Notes under the pieces: generated by a model
The model's database searches: none
What the model was told of the DNA's origin: nothing
The model's input: the letters and a program-made list of their open reading frames with translations, nothing else
NCBI GenBank assembly: GCA_964016885.1
Contig: OZ024749.1
Span: forward strand, 21,452,001-21,516,000
Direction of reading: 5' to 3'
DNA from: Eledone cirrhosa
Taxonomy: Eukaryota
DNA: 64,000 nucleotides
In this document: piece after piece, positions 1 through 13,027 of the stretch
How positions within the stretch are numbered: position 1 is the stretch's first letter
How the letters are laid out: each line of letters starts with the position of its first letter
Program-made: the position numbers and the translations under genes

Positions 1-264
1 GTGTTTCGGTTAGAGTTAGGGTTAGGGTTAGGTTTAGGGTTAGGGTTAGGTTTAGGGTTAGGTTTAGGGGTAGGGTTAGCGTTAATGTTAGGGTTAGCGT
101 TAAGGTGAGGGTTAGGATTTAGTGTTATGGTTAGGATTATCGTTAGGGTTAGGGTTAGGATTAGAATTTAGGGTTAGGGTTAGGGTTAGGGTTAGGGTTA
201 GGGTTAGGGTTAGAGTTAGGGTTAGGGTTAGGGTTAGGGTTAGGATATAGGGTTAGGGTTAGGG
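1..264 (+). repeat. Representative G-block: degenerate telomeric repeat including a perfect (TTAGGG)7 at 168-209
   Basis: TTAGGG units are interspersed with TTAGAG, TTAGCG, TTAATG, TTAAGG, TTATGG and TTAGGA. The block ends at gggttttttcac. Confidence 0.95.
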
Positions 265-1530
265 TTTTTTCACTTGTTCGATTTTTCTATCTTTTTTATT
301 TTTTCGATTTTTTCATTATTTCATTTTTTATTTTTTTTTCGATTTTTTTCGATTTTTTCATTTTTTTGATTTTTAGATTTCTTCATGTTTTCGAATTTTT
401 CATTTTTTTCGAATTTTCGATTTTCTCATTTTTTCATTCTACCATTTTTTTTATTTTTTCTATTTTTCGATTTTTTAGAGTTAGGGTTAGGGTTTAGGGT
501 TAGGGTTTCGGTTTAGGGTTAGGTTTAGGATTAGGGTTTAGGGTTAGTGTTAGGGTTAAGGTTAGAGTTAGGGTTAGGCTTAGTGTTTAGGGTTAGGGTT
601 AGAATTAGGATTTAGGGTTAGGGTTAGGGTTTATTTATTTTTTCAATTTTTTCGATTTTTTCATTATTTCATTTTTTCGAATTTTGAGGGCAAGTGTTAG
701 GGTTAGGGTTCGGGTTTAGTGTTAGGGTTTAGGGTTAGGTTTAGGGTTAGGGTTTAGGGTTAGTGTTAGGGTTAAGGTTAGTGTTATGGTTAGGGTTATG
801 GTTAGGGTTAGGGTTAGGTTTAGGGTTCGGGTTTAGGTTTAGGGTTATGGTTAGAGTTAAGGTTAGGGCTAGTGTTAGTGTTACGGTTAGACTTAGCGTT
901 AGGGTTTAGGGTTAGGGTTAGGGTTACGGTTAGGGTTATTGTTTAGGGTTTAGGGTTTAATGTTAGGGTTAGGTTTAGTGATAGGGTTAGTGTTAGTGTT
1001 AGGATTAGGGTTAGGGGTAGGGTTAAGTTTAGGGTTAGGGTTAGATTTAGGGTTAGCGTTAGGGTTAGGGTTAGGTTTAGGGGTAGGGTTAGCGTTAATG
1101 TTAGGGTTAGGGTTAGGGTTAAGTTTAGGGTTATGGTTAAGTTTAGCGTTAAGGTCAGGGTTAGGGTTAGGATTAGGATAAGGGTTATGGTTTTTTTAAT
1201 TTTTCGATTTTTTTATTTTTTCGAATTTTTCATGCTTTTCGAATTTTTTTTTTCTTTTTTCACTTCGATTTTTCGATTTTTTTCGATTTTTTCAATTATT
1301 TCTTTTTTGGATTTTTCGATTTTTTCGATTTTTTCAATTTCTTTTCGTTAGGTTTATGCGTATGGTTCGGGTTAGTGTTTAATGTTTAGGGTTTATGGTT
1401 TAGGGTTATTGTTTAGGGTTAGGTTTAGTGTTAGGGTTAGGGTTAGGGTCAGGGTTAGGGTTTAGGATTTAGGGTTTAGGGTTAGAGTTAGGGTTAGCAT
1501 TAGGGTTTAGGGTTAGGGTTAGGGTTAGGG

Positions 1531-1574
<44 letters not shown>

Positions 1575-4500
1575 TACGTTTTTTCATTTTTTCGAATTTT
1601 TCATTTTTTTAGAATTTTATATTTTTGAATTTTACACTTATTCTATTTTTTAATTCTTTTCGATTTTTCGATTTTTTCGGTTTTTCAATTTCTCAATTTT
1701 TTAGCGTTAGGGTTAGGGTTAGGGGTAGCGGTACGGTTAGGGTTAGGGTTAGGTTTAGGATTAGGGTTTAGGATTTAGGGGTTAAGGTTAGTGTTAGTAT
1801 TACGGTTAGAGTTAGGTTTAGGGTTGGGGTTTAGGGTTAGGGTTAGGTTTAGTGTTATGGTTAGGGTTACGTTTTTTCATTTTTTCGATTATTTCATTTT
1901 TCGATTTTTTTCGATTTTTTCGATTTTTTCGATTTTTTTGATTTTCATTTCTTTCGAATTTTCTTTTTTTCATTTTTTTGATTATAGGATATTTTAGATT
2001 TTTTCACTTTTTCATTTTTTCGCATTTTCGATTTTCTCGATTTTTTAATTTTACCAAATTTTATATTTTTTCTATTTTCCGATTTTTTTCGATTTTTTCA
2101 ATTTTTTCATTTTTTCGATTTTTTACGGTTAGTGTTAGGGTTAGGGCTAGGGTTAGCGTTAATGAGAGGGTTAGGGTTAGATTTAGCGTTAGGGTTAGGG
2201 TTAGGGTTAGGATTAGGATTTAGGGTTAGGGTTAGGGTTAGGGTTTTTTCATTTGTTCGATTTTTTCATTTTTTTCATTTTTTCGATATTTTCACTATTT
2301 GATTTTTATTTTTTTTTCGATTTTTTCATTTTTTCATTTTTTTGATTTTTAGATTTCTTCATGTTTTCGAATTTTTCATTTTTTTCGAATTTTCGATTTT
2401 CTCATTTTTTCATTCTACCATTTTTTCGATTTTTACGATTTTCTCATTATTTCATTTTTTCGAATTTTGAGGGTTAGGGTTAGGGTGAGGGTTTAGGGTT
2501 AGTGTTAGGGTTAGGGTTTAGGGTTAGTGTTAGGGTTAAGGTTAGTGTTATGGTTAGGGTTATGGTTAGGGTTCTGGTTAGGGTTAGGGTTTAGGTTTAG
2601 GGTTATGGTTAGGGTTAAGGTTAGTGTTAGTGTTAGTGTTACGGTTAGACTTAGGGTTAGGGTTAGGATTTAGGGTTAGGGTTAGGGTTAGGGTTAGGGT
2701 TAATGTTTAGGGTTTGGGGTTTAGGGTTAGGGTTAGGTTTAGTGTTAGGGTTAGTGTTAGTGTTAGGGTTACGGTTAGGTTTAGGGGTAGGGTTAAGTTT
2801 AGGGTTAAGGTTAGGTTTAGGGGTAGGGTTAGGGTTAGGGTTAGGGTTAGGGTTAGGGTTAGGTTTATGGTTAAGGTTTTTTTTATTTTTTTATTTTTTC
2901 AATTTTTCGATTGTTTTATTTTTTCATTATTTCATTTTTAAAATTTGTTTCGATGTTTTCATTTTTTCCTTTTTGGGATTTTTCAATTTTTTCGATTTTT
3001 TCATTTTTTCATTTTTTCAATTTTTTAGCGTTATGTATAGGGTTAGTGTTTAGGGTTTAGGGTTTAGGGTTATGGTTAGGGTTAGGGTTAGGTTTAGTGT
3101 TAGGGTTAGGGTTAGGGTTAGGGTTAGGGTTAGGGTTAAGGTGAGGGTTAGGATTTAGGGTTATGGTTAGGTTTATCGTTAGGGTTAAGGTTAGGATTAG
3201 AATTTAGGGTTAGGGTTGGGGTTAGGGCTAGGGTTAGGGTTAGGGTTAGGGTTAGGGTTAGAATTTAGGGTTAGGGTTGGAGTTAGGGTTAGGGTTAGGG
3301 TTAGGGTTAGGATTAGGATATAGGGTTAGGGTTAGGGTTTTTTCATTTGTTCGATTTTTCTATTTTTTTTATTTTTTCGATTTTTTTCATTATTTCATTT
3401 TTTATTTTTTTTTTTCGATTTTTTCATTTTTTCATTTTTTTGATTTTTAGATTTCTTCATGTTTTCGAATTTTTCATTCTTTTCGAATTTTCGATTTTCT
3501 CATTTTTTCATTCTACCATTTTTTCGATGTTTTCTATTTTTCGATTTTTTAGGGTTAGGGTTATGGTTAGGGTTTAGGGTTAGGGTTTAGGTTTAGGGTT
3601 AGGGTTAGGGTTAGGGTTTAGGGTTAGTGTTAGGGTTAAGGTTAGAGTTAGGGTTAGTGTTTAGGGTTAGGGTTAGGGTTACAATTAGGATTTAGCGTTA
3701 GGGTTAGGGTTAGGGTTTTTTCATTTTTTCAATTTTTTTGATTTTTTCATTATGTCATTTTTTAGAATTTTGAGGGTAAGGGTTAGGGTTAGGGTGAGGG
3801 TTTAGTTTTAGGGTTTAGGGTTAGGTTTAGGGTTAGGGTTTAGGGTTAGTGTTAAGTTTAAGGTTAGTGTTATGGTTAGGGTTATGGTTAGGGTTAGGGT
3901 TAGGGTTAGGGTTCGGGTTTAGGTTTAGGGTTATGGTTAGAGTTAAGGTTAGGGTTAGTGTTAGTGTTACGGTTAGACTTAGGGTTAGGGTTTAGTGTTA
4001 GGGTTAGGGTTAGGGTTATTGTTTAGGGTTTAGGGTTTAATGTTAGGGTTAGGTTTAGTGTTAGGGTTAGTGTTAGTGTTAGGGTTAGGGTTAGGGGTAG
4101 GGTTAAGTTCAGGGTTAGGGTTAGATTTAGGGTTAGCGTTAGGGTTAGGGTTAGGTTTAGTGGTAGGGTTAGCGTTAATGTTAGGGTTAGGGTTAGGGTT
4201 AAGTTTAGGGTTATGGTTAGGTTTAGCGTTAAGGTCAGGGTTAGGGTTAGGATTAGGATAAGGGTTATGGTTTTTTTAATTTTTCGATTTTTTTTATTTT
4301 TTCGAATTTTTCATGCTTTTCGAATTTTTTTTTCTTTTTTCACTTCGATTTTTCGATTTTTTTCGATTTTTTAAATTATTCCTTTTTGGGATTTTTCGAT
4401 TTTTTCGATTTTTTCAATTTCTTATCGTTAGGTTTATGGGTATGGTTAGGGTTAGTGTTTAATGTTTAGGGTTTATGGTTTAGGGTTATTGTTAGGGTTA

Positions 4501-4673
4501 GGTTTAGTGTTAGAGTTAGGGTTAGGGTCAGGGTTAGGGTTTAGGATTTAGGGTTTAGGGTTAGCGTTAGGGTTAGCATTAGGGTTTAGGGTTAGGGTTA
4601 GGGTCAGGGTTAGGGTTTAGGATTTAGGGTTTAGGGTTAGAGTTAGGATTAGCATTAGGGTTTAGGGTTAGGG

Positions 4674-4717
<44 letters not shown>

Positions 4718-4860
4718 TACGTTTTTTCATTTTTTCGAATTTTTCATTTTTTTAGAATTTTATATTTTTGATTTTTACACTTATTCTATTTTTTAATTCT
4801 TTTCGATTATTCGATTTTTTCGGTTTTTTATTTTCTCAATTTTTTAGCGTTAGGGTTAGG
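100..4860 (+). repeat. Direct duplication with ~3.08 kb period (~100-1720 repeated at ~3135-4860)
   Basis: Shared markers: ggatatag at 243/3316, near-identical artefactual ORFs at 960/4040 (offset 3080), and acacttattc at 1634/4777. The offset grows to ~3143 after a ~60-bp local duplication near 4560-4660. Confidence 0.85.
265..476 (+). repeat. Representative T-block: degenerate 8-9-bp minisatellite (CGATTTTTT / CATTTTTT)
   Basis: Repeated ttttttcga and ttttttca units; the sequence returns to a G-block at ttttttagagttaggg. Confidence 0.93.
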
Positions 4861-5232
4861 GTTAGGGTTAGGGTTAGGTTTAGTGTCAAGGTTAGGGTTT
4901 AGGGTTAGGGTTAGGGTTGGGGTTAGGTTTAGGGTTGGGGTTATGTTTACGGTTACGGTTAGGGGTAGGGTTTGTGTTTAGGGTTTAGGGTTTAGGGTTA
5001 GCGTTAGGGTTAGTGTTAGGGTTAGGGGTAGGGTTAGCGTTAATGTTAGGTTTAGGGTTAGATTTAGCGTTAGGGTTAGGGTTAGGGTTAGGTTTAGTGT
5101 TAGGGTTAGGGTTTAGGGTTATGGTTAGGGTTAGGTTTAGGGGTAGGACTAGCGTTAAGTTTAGGGTTAGGGTTAGGTTTAGCGTTAGGGTTAGGGTTAC
5201 GGTTAGGGTTAGTGTTAGTGTTACTGTTGGAG

Positions 5233-5264
<32 letters not shown>

Positions 5265-6283
5265 CAGGATTACGTTTTTTCCTTTTTTCGACTTTTTCAT
5301 TTTTCGATATCTTCATTTTTTCGATTTTTGAGGGTTAGGGTTTAGGGTTAGGGTTTAGGGTTAATATTAGGGTTAAGTTTAGGGTTATGGTTAGGGTTAC
5401 GGTTAGGGGTAGGGTTTGTGTTTAGGGTTTAGGGTTTAGGGTTAGCGTTAGGGTTAGGGTTAGGTTTAGATTTAGCGTTAGGGTTAGGGTTAGGGTTATT
5501 GTTAGGGTTAGGTTTAGTGTTAGGGTTAGGGTTTATGGTTAGGGTTAGGGTTAGGGTTAGGGTTAGCGTTAGTGTTAGGTTTACGGTTATAGTTAGGGGT
5601 AGGGTTTGTGTTTAGGGTTAGGGTTAGGGTTAGGGTTAGGGTTAGGGTTAGGGGTAGGGTTAGCGTTAATGTTAGGGTTAGGGTTAGATTTAGCGTTAGG
5701 GTTAGGGTTAGGTTTAGTGTTAGGGTTAGGTTTAGTGTTAGGGTTAGGGTTTAGGGTTATGGTTAGGGTTAGGGTTAGCGTTAGGGTTAGTTGTAGGATT
5801 AGCGTTAAGGTTAGGGTTAGGTTTAGCGTTACTGTTACGGTTAGAGTTAGGGTTAGGGTTTAGGGAAAGGGTTAGGGTTAGGGTTAGGGTGAGGTTTTAT
5901 TCATTTTTTCTATTTTTTCATTTTTCGATTTCTTCATTTTTCGATTTTTCGATTTTTTTGATTTTTTCATTCTTTCATTTTTTCAACTTTTTCTATTTTT
6001 TCGATTTTTAGGGTTAGGGTTAGGGTTAGGGTAAGGGTTAGTGTTAGGGTTAGGGTTTTTTCGATTTTTCATTTTTTCGATTTTTTGATTTTTTCATTTA
6101 TTCGAATTTTTCATTTTTTTCGAATTTTATATTTTTTTGATTTTTTCACTTTTTCTATTTTTCGATTTTTTTCGATTTTTCGATTTTTTCGATTCTTTCA
6201 TTTTTTCATTTTCTCAATTTTTTAGCGTTAGGGTTTGGGGTTAGGATTAGGTTTAGGGTTAGTGTTAGTGTTACGGTTGGAGA

Positions 6284-6318
<35 letters not shown>

Positions 6319-7040
6319 ATTAATTTTTTAAATTTTTTCGATTTTTTAAATTTTTCGATTTTTTCATTTTTCGATTTCTACATTTTTCTACTTTTCGATT
6401 TTTTTGGATTTTTTCATTCTTTAATTTTTTCAATTTTTTCGATTTTTTCGATTTTTAGAGTTAGTGTTAGGGTTAGGGTTAGGGCTAGGGTTAATGTTTT
6501 TTCGATTTTTCGTTTTTTCGATTTTTTCATTCTTTCATTTTTTTCGAATTTTTTTTTTGATTTTTTCACTTTTTCTATTTTTCGATTTTTTCGATTTTTT
6601 CATTTTTTCATTTTCTCAATTTTTTAGCGTTAGGGTTTTGGGTAGGGTTATCGTTAAGGTTAGCGTTAGGGTTTAGGGTTAGGATTAGGGTTATGGTTAG
6701 TGTTCGTGTTACGGTTATAGTTAGGGTTAGGGGTAGGGGTAAGTTTAGGGTTAGGGTTAGGGATAGCGTTAGTGTTAGGGTTAGGGTTATGGTTAGGGGT
6801 AGGGTTAGCGTTAAGGTTAGGCTTAGGTTTAGGGTTACGTTTTTTCCTTTTTTCGAATTTTTCATTTTTTGATTTCGTTGAGGGTTAGGGTCTAGGGTTA
6901 ATGTTAGGGTTAAAGTTAGGGTTATGGTTAGGGTTACGGTTAGGGGTAGGGTTTGTGTTTAGGGTTAGGGTTAGGGTTAGGGGTAGGATTAGCGTTAATG
7001 TTAGTGTTAGGTTTAGCTTTAGGGTTATGGTTAGGGTTAA

Positions 7041-7071
<31 letters not shown>

Positions 7072-8320
7072 GGTTAGGGTTAGCGTTAGGGTTAGGGTTA
7101 GGTTTAGATTTAAGGTTTTTTCATTTTTCGGATTTTTTAAATTTTTCGTTTTTTTCGATTTTTTCGATTTTTCATTGTTCCCTTTTTGGGATTTTTCGAT
7201 TTTTTCGATTTTTTCAATTTTTTAGGGTTAGGCTTAGGGGTATGGTTAGGGTTACTGTTTAGGGTTTAGGGTTTAGGGGTAGGGTTAGGGTTAGGTTTAG
7301 GGTTACGGTTAGGGCTCAGTATTTAGGGTTTAGGTTAAGGATTAGTGTGAGGATTAGGGTTAGGGATAGTGTTAGTGTTACGGTTATAGTCAGGCTTAGG
7401 GTTAGGGTTTATGGTTAGGGTTAGGGTTAGGGGTAGGGTTTGTGTTTAGGGTTTAGGGTTTAGGGTTAGCGTTAGGGTGATGGTTAGAGTTAGGTTTTGG
7501 GGTAGGGTTAGCGTTAATGTTAGGGTTAGGGTTAGATTTAGCGTTAGGGTTAGGGTTAGGGTTATGGTTAGGGTTAGGGTTAGGGTTAGGGTAGGATTAG
7601 CGTTAAGGTTAGGGTTAGGGTTAGGGTAGGATTAGCGTTAAGGTTAGGGTTAGTGTTAGGGTTAGGGTTAGGGTTAGGGTTTTTTCGATTTTTCGTTTTT
7701 TCGATTTTTTGATTTTTTCGTTTTTTCGAATTTTTTTTTTTGATTTTTTCACTTTTTCTATTTCTAGATTTTTTCGATTTCTTCATTTTTTCAATTTCTC
7801 AATTTTTTAGCTTTAGGGTTTTGGGTAGTATTATCGTTAAGTTTAGGGTTAGGGTTAGGTTTAGCGTCAGGGTTTAGGGTTAGGATCAGGGTTAGAGTTA
7901 GTGTTAGTGTTATGGTTAGAGTTAGGGTTAGGGTTAGGGTTAGGGTTAATGTTTAGGATTTACGGTTTAGGCTTAGGGTTAGGGGTAGGAGTAAGTTTAG
8001 GGTTAGGGTTAGGATTAGGGTTAGCGTTAGGGTTAGGTTTAGGGTTATGGTTAGGGGTAGGGTTAGCGTTAAGGTTAGTGTTATGTTTAGAGTTACGTAT
8101 TTTCCTTTTTTCGAATTTTTCATTTTTTGATTTCTTCATTTTTTAGACCTTTCGATTTTTTTCGATTTTTTCATTTTTTCATTTTTTCGATTTTTGAGGG
8201 TTAGGGTTAGGGTTTAGGGTTAGCGTTAGGGTTAGGGTTAGGTTTAGGGGTAGGATTAGCGTTAATGTTAGTGTTAGGGTTAGATTTAGCATTAGGGTTA
8301 GGGTTAGGGTTAGGTTTAGT

Positions 8321-8356
<36 letters not shown>

Positions 8357-8884
8357 GGTTAGTTTTAGGGTTAGTGTTAGGTTTAGAGTTAAGGTTTTTT
8401 CATTTTTTCGATTTTTTCAATTATTCGACTTTTTCGATTTTTTCATTTCATTATAAAAATCTTTTTCGATTTTTTCATTTTTCCCTTTTTCAAATTTTTC
8501 GATTTTTTCGAATTTTTCAATTTTTTAGAGTTAGGGTTAGAGGTATGGTTAGGGTTACTGTTTAGGGTTTAGGGTTTAGGGTTATGGTTAGGGTTATGTT
8601 TAGGGTCATGGTTAGGGTTTAGGTTAAGGATTAGTGTTAGGATTAGGGTTAGTGTTAGTGTTACGGTTAGAGTCAGTCTTAGGGTTAGGGTTTAGGTTTA
8701 GGGTTAGAGTTAGGGTTACGTTTTTACCTTTTTTCGATTTTTTCATTTTTCGATTTCTTTATTTTTTCGATTTTTCGATTTTTTTAGATTTTTCATTTTT
8801 TCGATTTTTGAGGTTTAGGGTTAGGGTTAGGATTAGGGTTAGGGTTTAGGCTTAGGGTTTAGGGTTAGGGTTTAGGGTTAGGGT

Positions 8885-8917
<33 letters not shown>

Positions 8918-10179
8918 TAGGTTTAGGGTTAGAGTTAGGGTTAGGGTTAGGGTTAGTGTTAGTGTTACGGTTAGTGTTACGGTTAGAGTTAGGGTTTGGG
9001 TTAGTGTTAGGGTTTAGGGTTAGGGTTAGGATTAGTGTTAGGGTTACGTTTTTTCCTTTCTTCGATTTTTTCATTTTTCGATTCACTTTTTCGATTTTTT
9101 CATTTTATCATTTATTGATTTTTAAGGGTTAGGGTTAGGGTTAGTGTTAGGGTTAAGGTTTAGGGTTTAGGCTTAGGGTTTAGGGTTAGGGTTAGGGTTA
9201 GGGTTTAGGGTTAGTGTTAGGGTTAAGGTTAGGGTTAGGATTTAGGGTTAGTGTTAGGGTTAGGGTTAATTTTTTTTTTCGATTTCTTCAATTTTTCGAT
9301 TTTTTAGATTTTTTCATTATTTCAATTTTAAAATTTTTTTTCATTTTTTCATTTTTTGATTTTTTCATTTTTTCATTTTTTCATTTTTCCCTTTTTTCAA
9401 TTTTTTAGCGTTCGGGTTAGGGCTATGGTCAGGGTTAGTGTTTCGGGTTTAGGGTTTAGGGTTTGGGTTAGGGTTAGGTTTAGTGTTAGGGTTAGGGTTA
9501 GGGTTAGTGTTAGTGTTGCGGTTAGAGTTAGGTTTAGGGTTAGGGTTAGGATTACGTTTTTTCCTTTCGATTTTTTCATTTTTCGATTTCTTCATTTTTT
9601 TCGATTTTTCGAATTTTTTAGATTTTTTCATTTTTTCATTTTTTCGACTTTTGAGGGTTAGGTTTAGGGGTAGGGTTAGGGTTTAGGGTTAGGGTTTAGG
9701 GTTAGTGTTAGGGTTTAGGGTTAGTGTTAGGGTTACGGTTAGGGTTAAGATTAGGGTTATGGTTAAGTTTAAGGTTAGGGTTAGGGTTAGTGTTTAGGGT
9801 TTGGGGTTTAGGGTTAGGGTTAGGGGTAGCGTTAAGTTTACGGTTAGGGTTAGCGTTAGGGTTAGGGTTAGGCTTAGGGTTAGGGGTAGGGTTAGCGTCA
9901 AGGTTAGGGTTATGGTTAGGTTTAGCGTTAGGATTAGGGTTAGGGTTAAGTGTAGGGTTAAAGTTTTTTCATTTTTTCGATTTTTTCAATTTTTTTAGCG
10001 TTAGGGTTAGGGGTATGGTTGGGGTTAGTGTTTAGGGTTTAGGGTTTAGGGTTATGGTTAGGGTTAGGGTTAGGGTTAGGTTTAGTGTTAGGGTTAGGGT
10101 TAGGGTTTAGGATTTAGTGTTTAGGGTTAGGGTTAGGGTTAGGGTTAGGGTTAGGGTTAGGGTTTAGGGTAAGGGTTAG

Positions 10180-11520
10180 TGTTAGGGTTAGGTTTTTTTC
10201 ATTTATTCGATTTTTTCATTTTTCGATTTCTTCATTTTTCTATTTTTCGATTTTTTTTGATTTTTTCATTCTTTAATTTTTTCAATATTTTCGATTTTTT
10301 TCGATTTTTAGAGTTAGGGTTAGGGTTAGGGTTTTTTCGATATTTCATTTTTTCGATTTTTTGATTTTTTGATTTTTTCCAATTTTATTGTTTGATTTTT
10401 TCACTTTTTCTATATTTCCATATCCTCATTTTTTCGACTTTTCGATTTTTTTAGATTTTTTCATTTTATCTTTTTTACGATTTTTGAGGGTTAGGGTTTA
10501 GGTTTAGAGTTTAGGGTTAATGTTAGGGTTATGGTTAGGCTTACGGTTAGGGGTAGGCTTTGTGTTTAGGGTTTAGGGTTTAGGGTTAGCGTTAGTGTTA
10601 GGGTTACGGTTACGGTTAGGGTTAGGGTTTGTGTTTAGGGTTTAGGGTTTAGGGTTAGCGTTAGGGTTAGGGTTAGGGTTAGGTTTAGGGGTAGGGTTAG
10701 CGTTAATGTTAGGGTTAGGGATATATTTAGCGTTAGGGTTAGGGTTAGTGTTATGGTTAGGGTTAGGGTTACGGTTACGGTAGGATTAGCGTTAAGGTTA
10801 GGGTTAGGGTTAGGTTTAGCGTTAGGGTTAGGGTTAGGGTTAATTTTTTTATTTTTTCGATTTTTTCAATTTTTCTATTTTTTCATTTTTCGATTTCTTC
10901 ATTTTTCTATTTTTCGATTTTTTTTGATTTTTTCATTCTTTAATTTTTTCAATTTTTTCGATTTTTTCGATTTTTAGAGTTAGGGTTAGGGTTAGGGTTA
11001 GGGTTTTTTCGATTTTTCATTTTTTCGATTTTTTGATTTATTCATTTTTTCGAATTTTATTGTGTGATTTTTTCACTTTTTCTATTTTTCGATATCTTCA
11101 TTTTTTCGACTTTTCGATTTTTTTAGATTTTTTCATTTTATCTTTTTTACGATTTTTGAGGGTTAGGGTTTAGGTTTAGCGTTTAGCGTTAATGTTAGGG
11201 TTATGGTTAGGGTTATGGTTAGGCTTACGGTTAGGGGTAGGGTTTGTGTTTAGGGTTTAGGGTTTAGGGTTAGCGTTAGTGTTAGGGTTACGGTTACGGT
11301 TAGGGTTAGGGTTTGTGTTTAGGGTATAGGGTTTAGGGTTAGCGCTAGGGTTAGAGTTAGGGTTAGGTTTAGGGGTAGGGTTAGCGTTAATGTTAGGGTT
11401 AGGGATATATTTAGCGTTAGGGTTAGGATTAGTGTTATGGTTAGGGTTAGGGTTACGGTAGGATTAGCGTTAAGGTTAGGGTTATGGTTAGGTTTAGCGA
11501 TAGGGTTAGGGTTAGGGTTA
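10180..11520 (+). repeat. ~684-bp tandem duplication inside the 9-kb unit (present in all four copies)
   Basis: gggatatatttagcg occurs at 10718 and 11402. ORF pairs 10753/11437, 19819/20501, 28897/29581 and 37913/38597 have offsets of 684, 682, 684 and 684. Confidence 0.88.
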
Positions 11521-12994
11521 ATTTTTTTTATTTTTTCGATTTTTTCAATTTTTCGATTTTTTCATTTTTCGATTTCTTCATTTTTCTATTTTTCGATTTT
11601 TTTTGGATTTTTTCATTCTTTAATTTTTTCAATTTTTTCGATTTTTTCGATCTTTAGAGTTAGTGTTAGGGTTAGGGTTAGGTTTAGGTTTTTTTCGATT
11701 TTTCATTTTTTCGATTTTTTCATTTTTTCATTTTTTCGAATTTTTCATTTTTTGCGAATTTTTTTTTTTGATTTTTTCATTTTTTCAATTTCTCAATTTT
11801 TTAGCGTTAGGGTTTTGGGTAGGGTTATCGTTAAGTTTAGGGTTAGGGTTAGGGTTAGCGTCAGGGTTTAGGGTTAGGATTAGGGTTAGGGTTAGTGTTA
11901 GTGTTACAGTTAGAGTTAGGGTTAGGGTTAGGGTTAGAGGTAGGGGTAAGTTTAGGGTTAGGGTTAGGATTAGGCTTAGCGTTAGGGTTAGGTTTAGGGT
12001 TATGGTTAGGGGTAGGGTTAGCGTTAAGGTTAGTGTTAGGTTTAGGGTTACGTTTTTTCCTTTTTTCGAATTTTTCATTTTTTGATTTCTTCAATTTTTC
12101 GACTTCGATTTTTTTAGATTTTTTCATTTTTTCATTTTTTCGATTTTTGAGGGTTTGGGTTTAGGGTTTAGGGTTAATGTTAGGGTTAATGTTAGGGTTA
12201 TGGTTAGGGTTACGGTTAGGGGTAGGGTTTGTGTTTAGGGTTTAGGGTTTAGGGTTAGCGTTAGGGTTAGGGTTAGGGTTAGGGGTAGGATTAGCGTTAA
12301 TGTTAGGGTTATGGTTAGATTTAGCGTTAGGGTTAGGGTTAGGGTTAGGTTTAGTGTTAGGTTTAGGGTTTAGGGTTAGGGTTAGGGTTAGCGTTAGCGT
12401 TAGGGTTAGGGTTAGCGTTAGGGGTAGGGTTAGCGTTAATGTTAGGGTTAGGGTTAGGTTTAGCGTTAGGGTTAGTTTTAGGGTTAGTGTTAGTATTATA
12501 GTTAAGGTTTTTTCATTTTTTCCATTTTTTCAATTTTTCGACTTTTTCGATTTTTTCATTTCATTATAAAAAATTATTTCGATTTTTTTCATTTTTCCCT
12601 TTTTGAAATTTTTCGATTTTTTTCGATTTTTTCAATTTTTTAGAGTTAGGGTTAGGGGTATGGTTAGGGTTACTGTTTAGGGTTTAGGGTTTAGGGTTAT
12701 GGTTAGGGTTAGGGTTAGGGTTACGGTTAGGGTTTAGTATTTAGGGTTTAGGTTAAGGATTAGTGTTAGGATTAGGGTTAGGGTTAGTGTTAGTGTTACG
12801 GTTAGAGTCAGGCTTAGGGTTAGGGTTTAGGGTTAGGGTTAGAGTTAGGGTTACGTTTTTTCCTTTTTTCGATTTTTTCATTTTTCGATTTCTTTATTTT
12901 GTCGATTTTTCGATTTTTCGATTTTTTTATTTTTTCATTTTTTTCGATTTTTGAGGGTTAGGGTTAGGGTTAGGATTAGGGTTAGGGTTTAGGC

Positions 12995-13027
12995 TTAGGG
13001 TTTAGGGTTAGGGTTTAGGGTTAGGGT

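Noticed and set aside
265-476. T-runs as intrinsic or Pol III terminators, or TTTATT as minus-strand poly(A) signals
   Set aside because: There is no upstream hairpin, gene or promoter element, and such motifs are expected by chance in T-rich repeats.
8848-8856. Occasional TTAGGC or TTAGG units as evidence of a nematode or arthropod host
   Set aside because: They are isolated single-step variants within a TTAGGG-dominated array and are insufficient for taxonomic assignment.
9324-9335. Recurrent 12-bp palindrome AATTTTAAAATT and the many TCGA palindromes as binding sites or hairpins
   Set aside because: They are short, AT-only or intrinsic to the repeat unit, and their recurrence is explained by module duplication.
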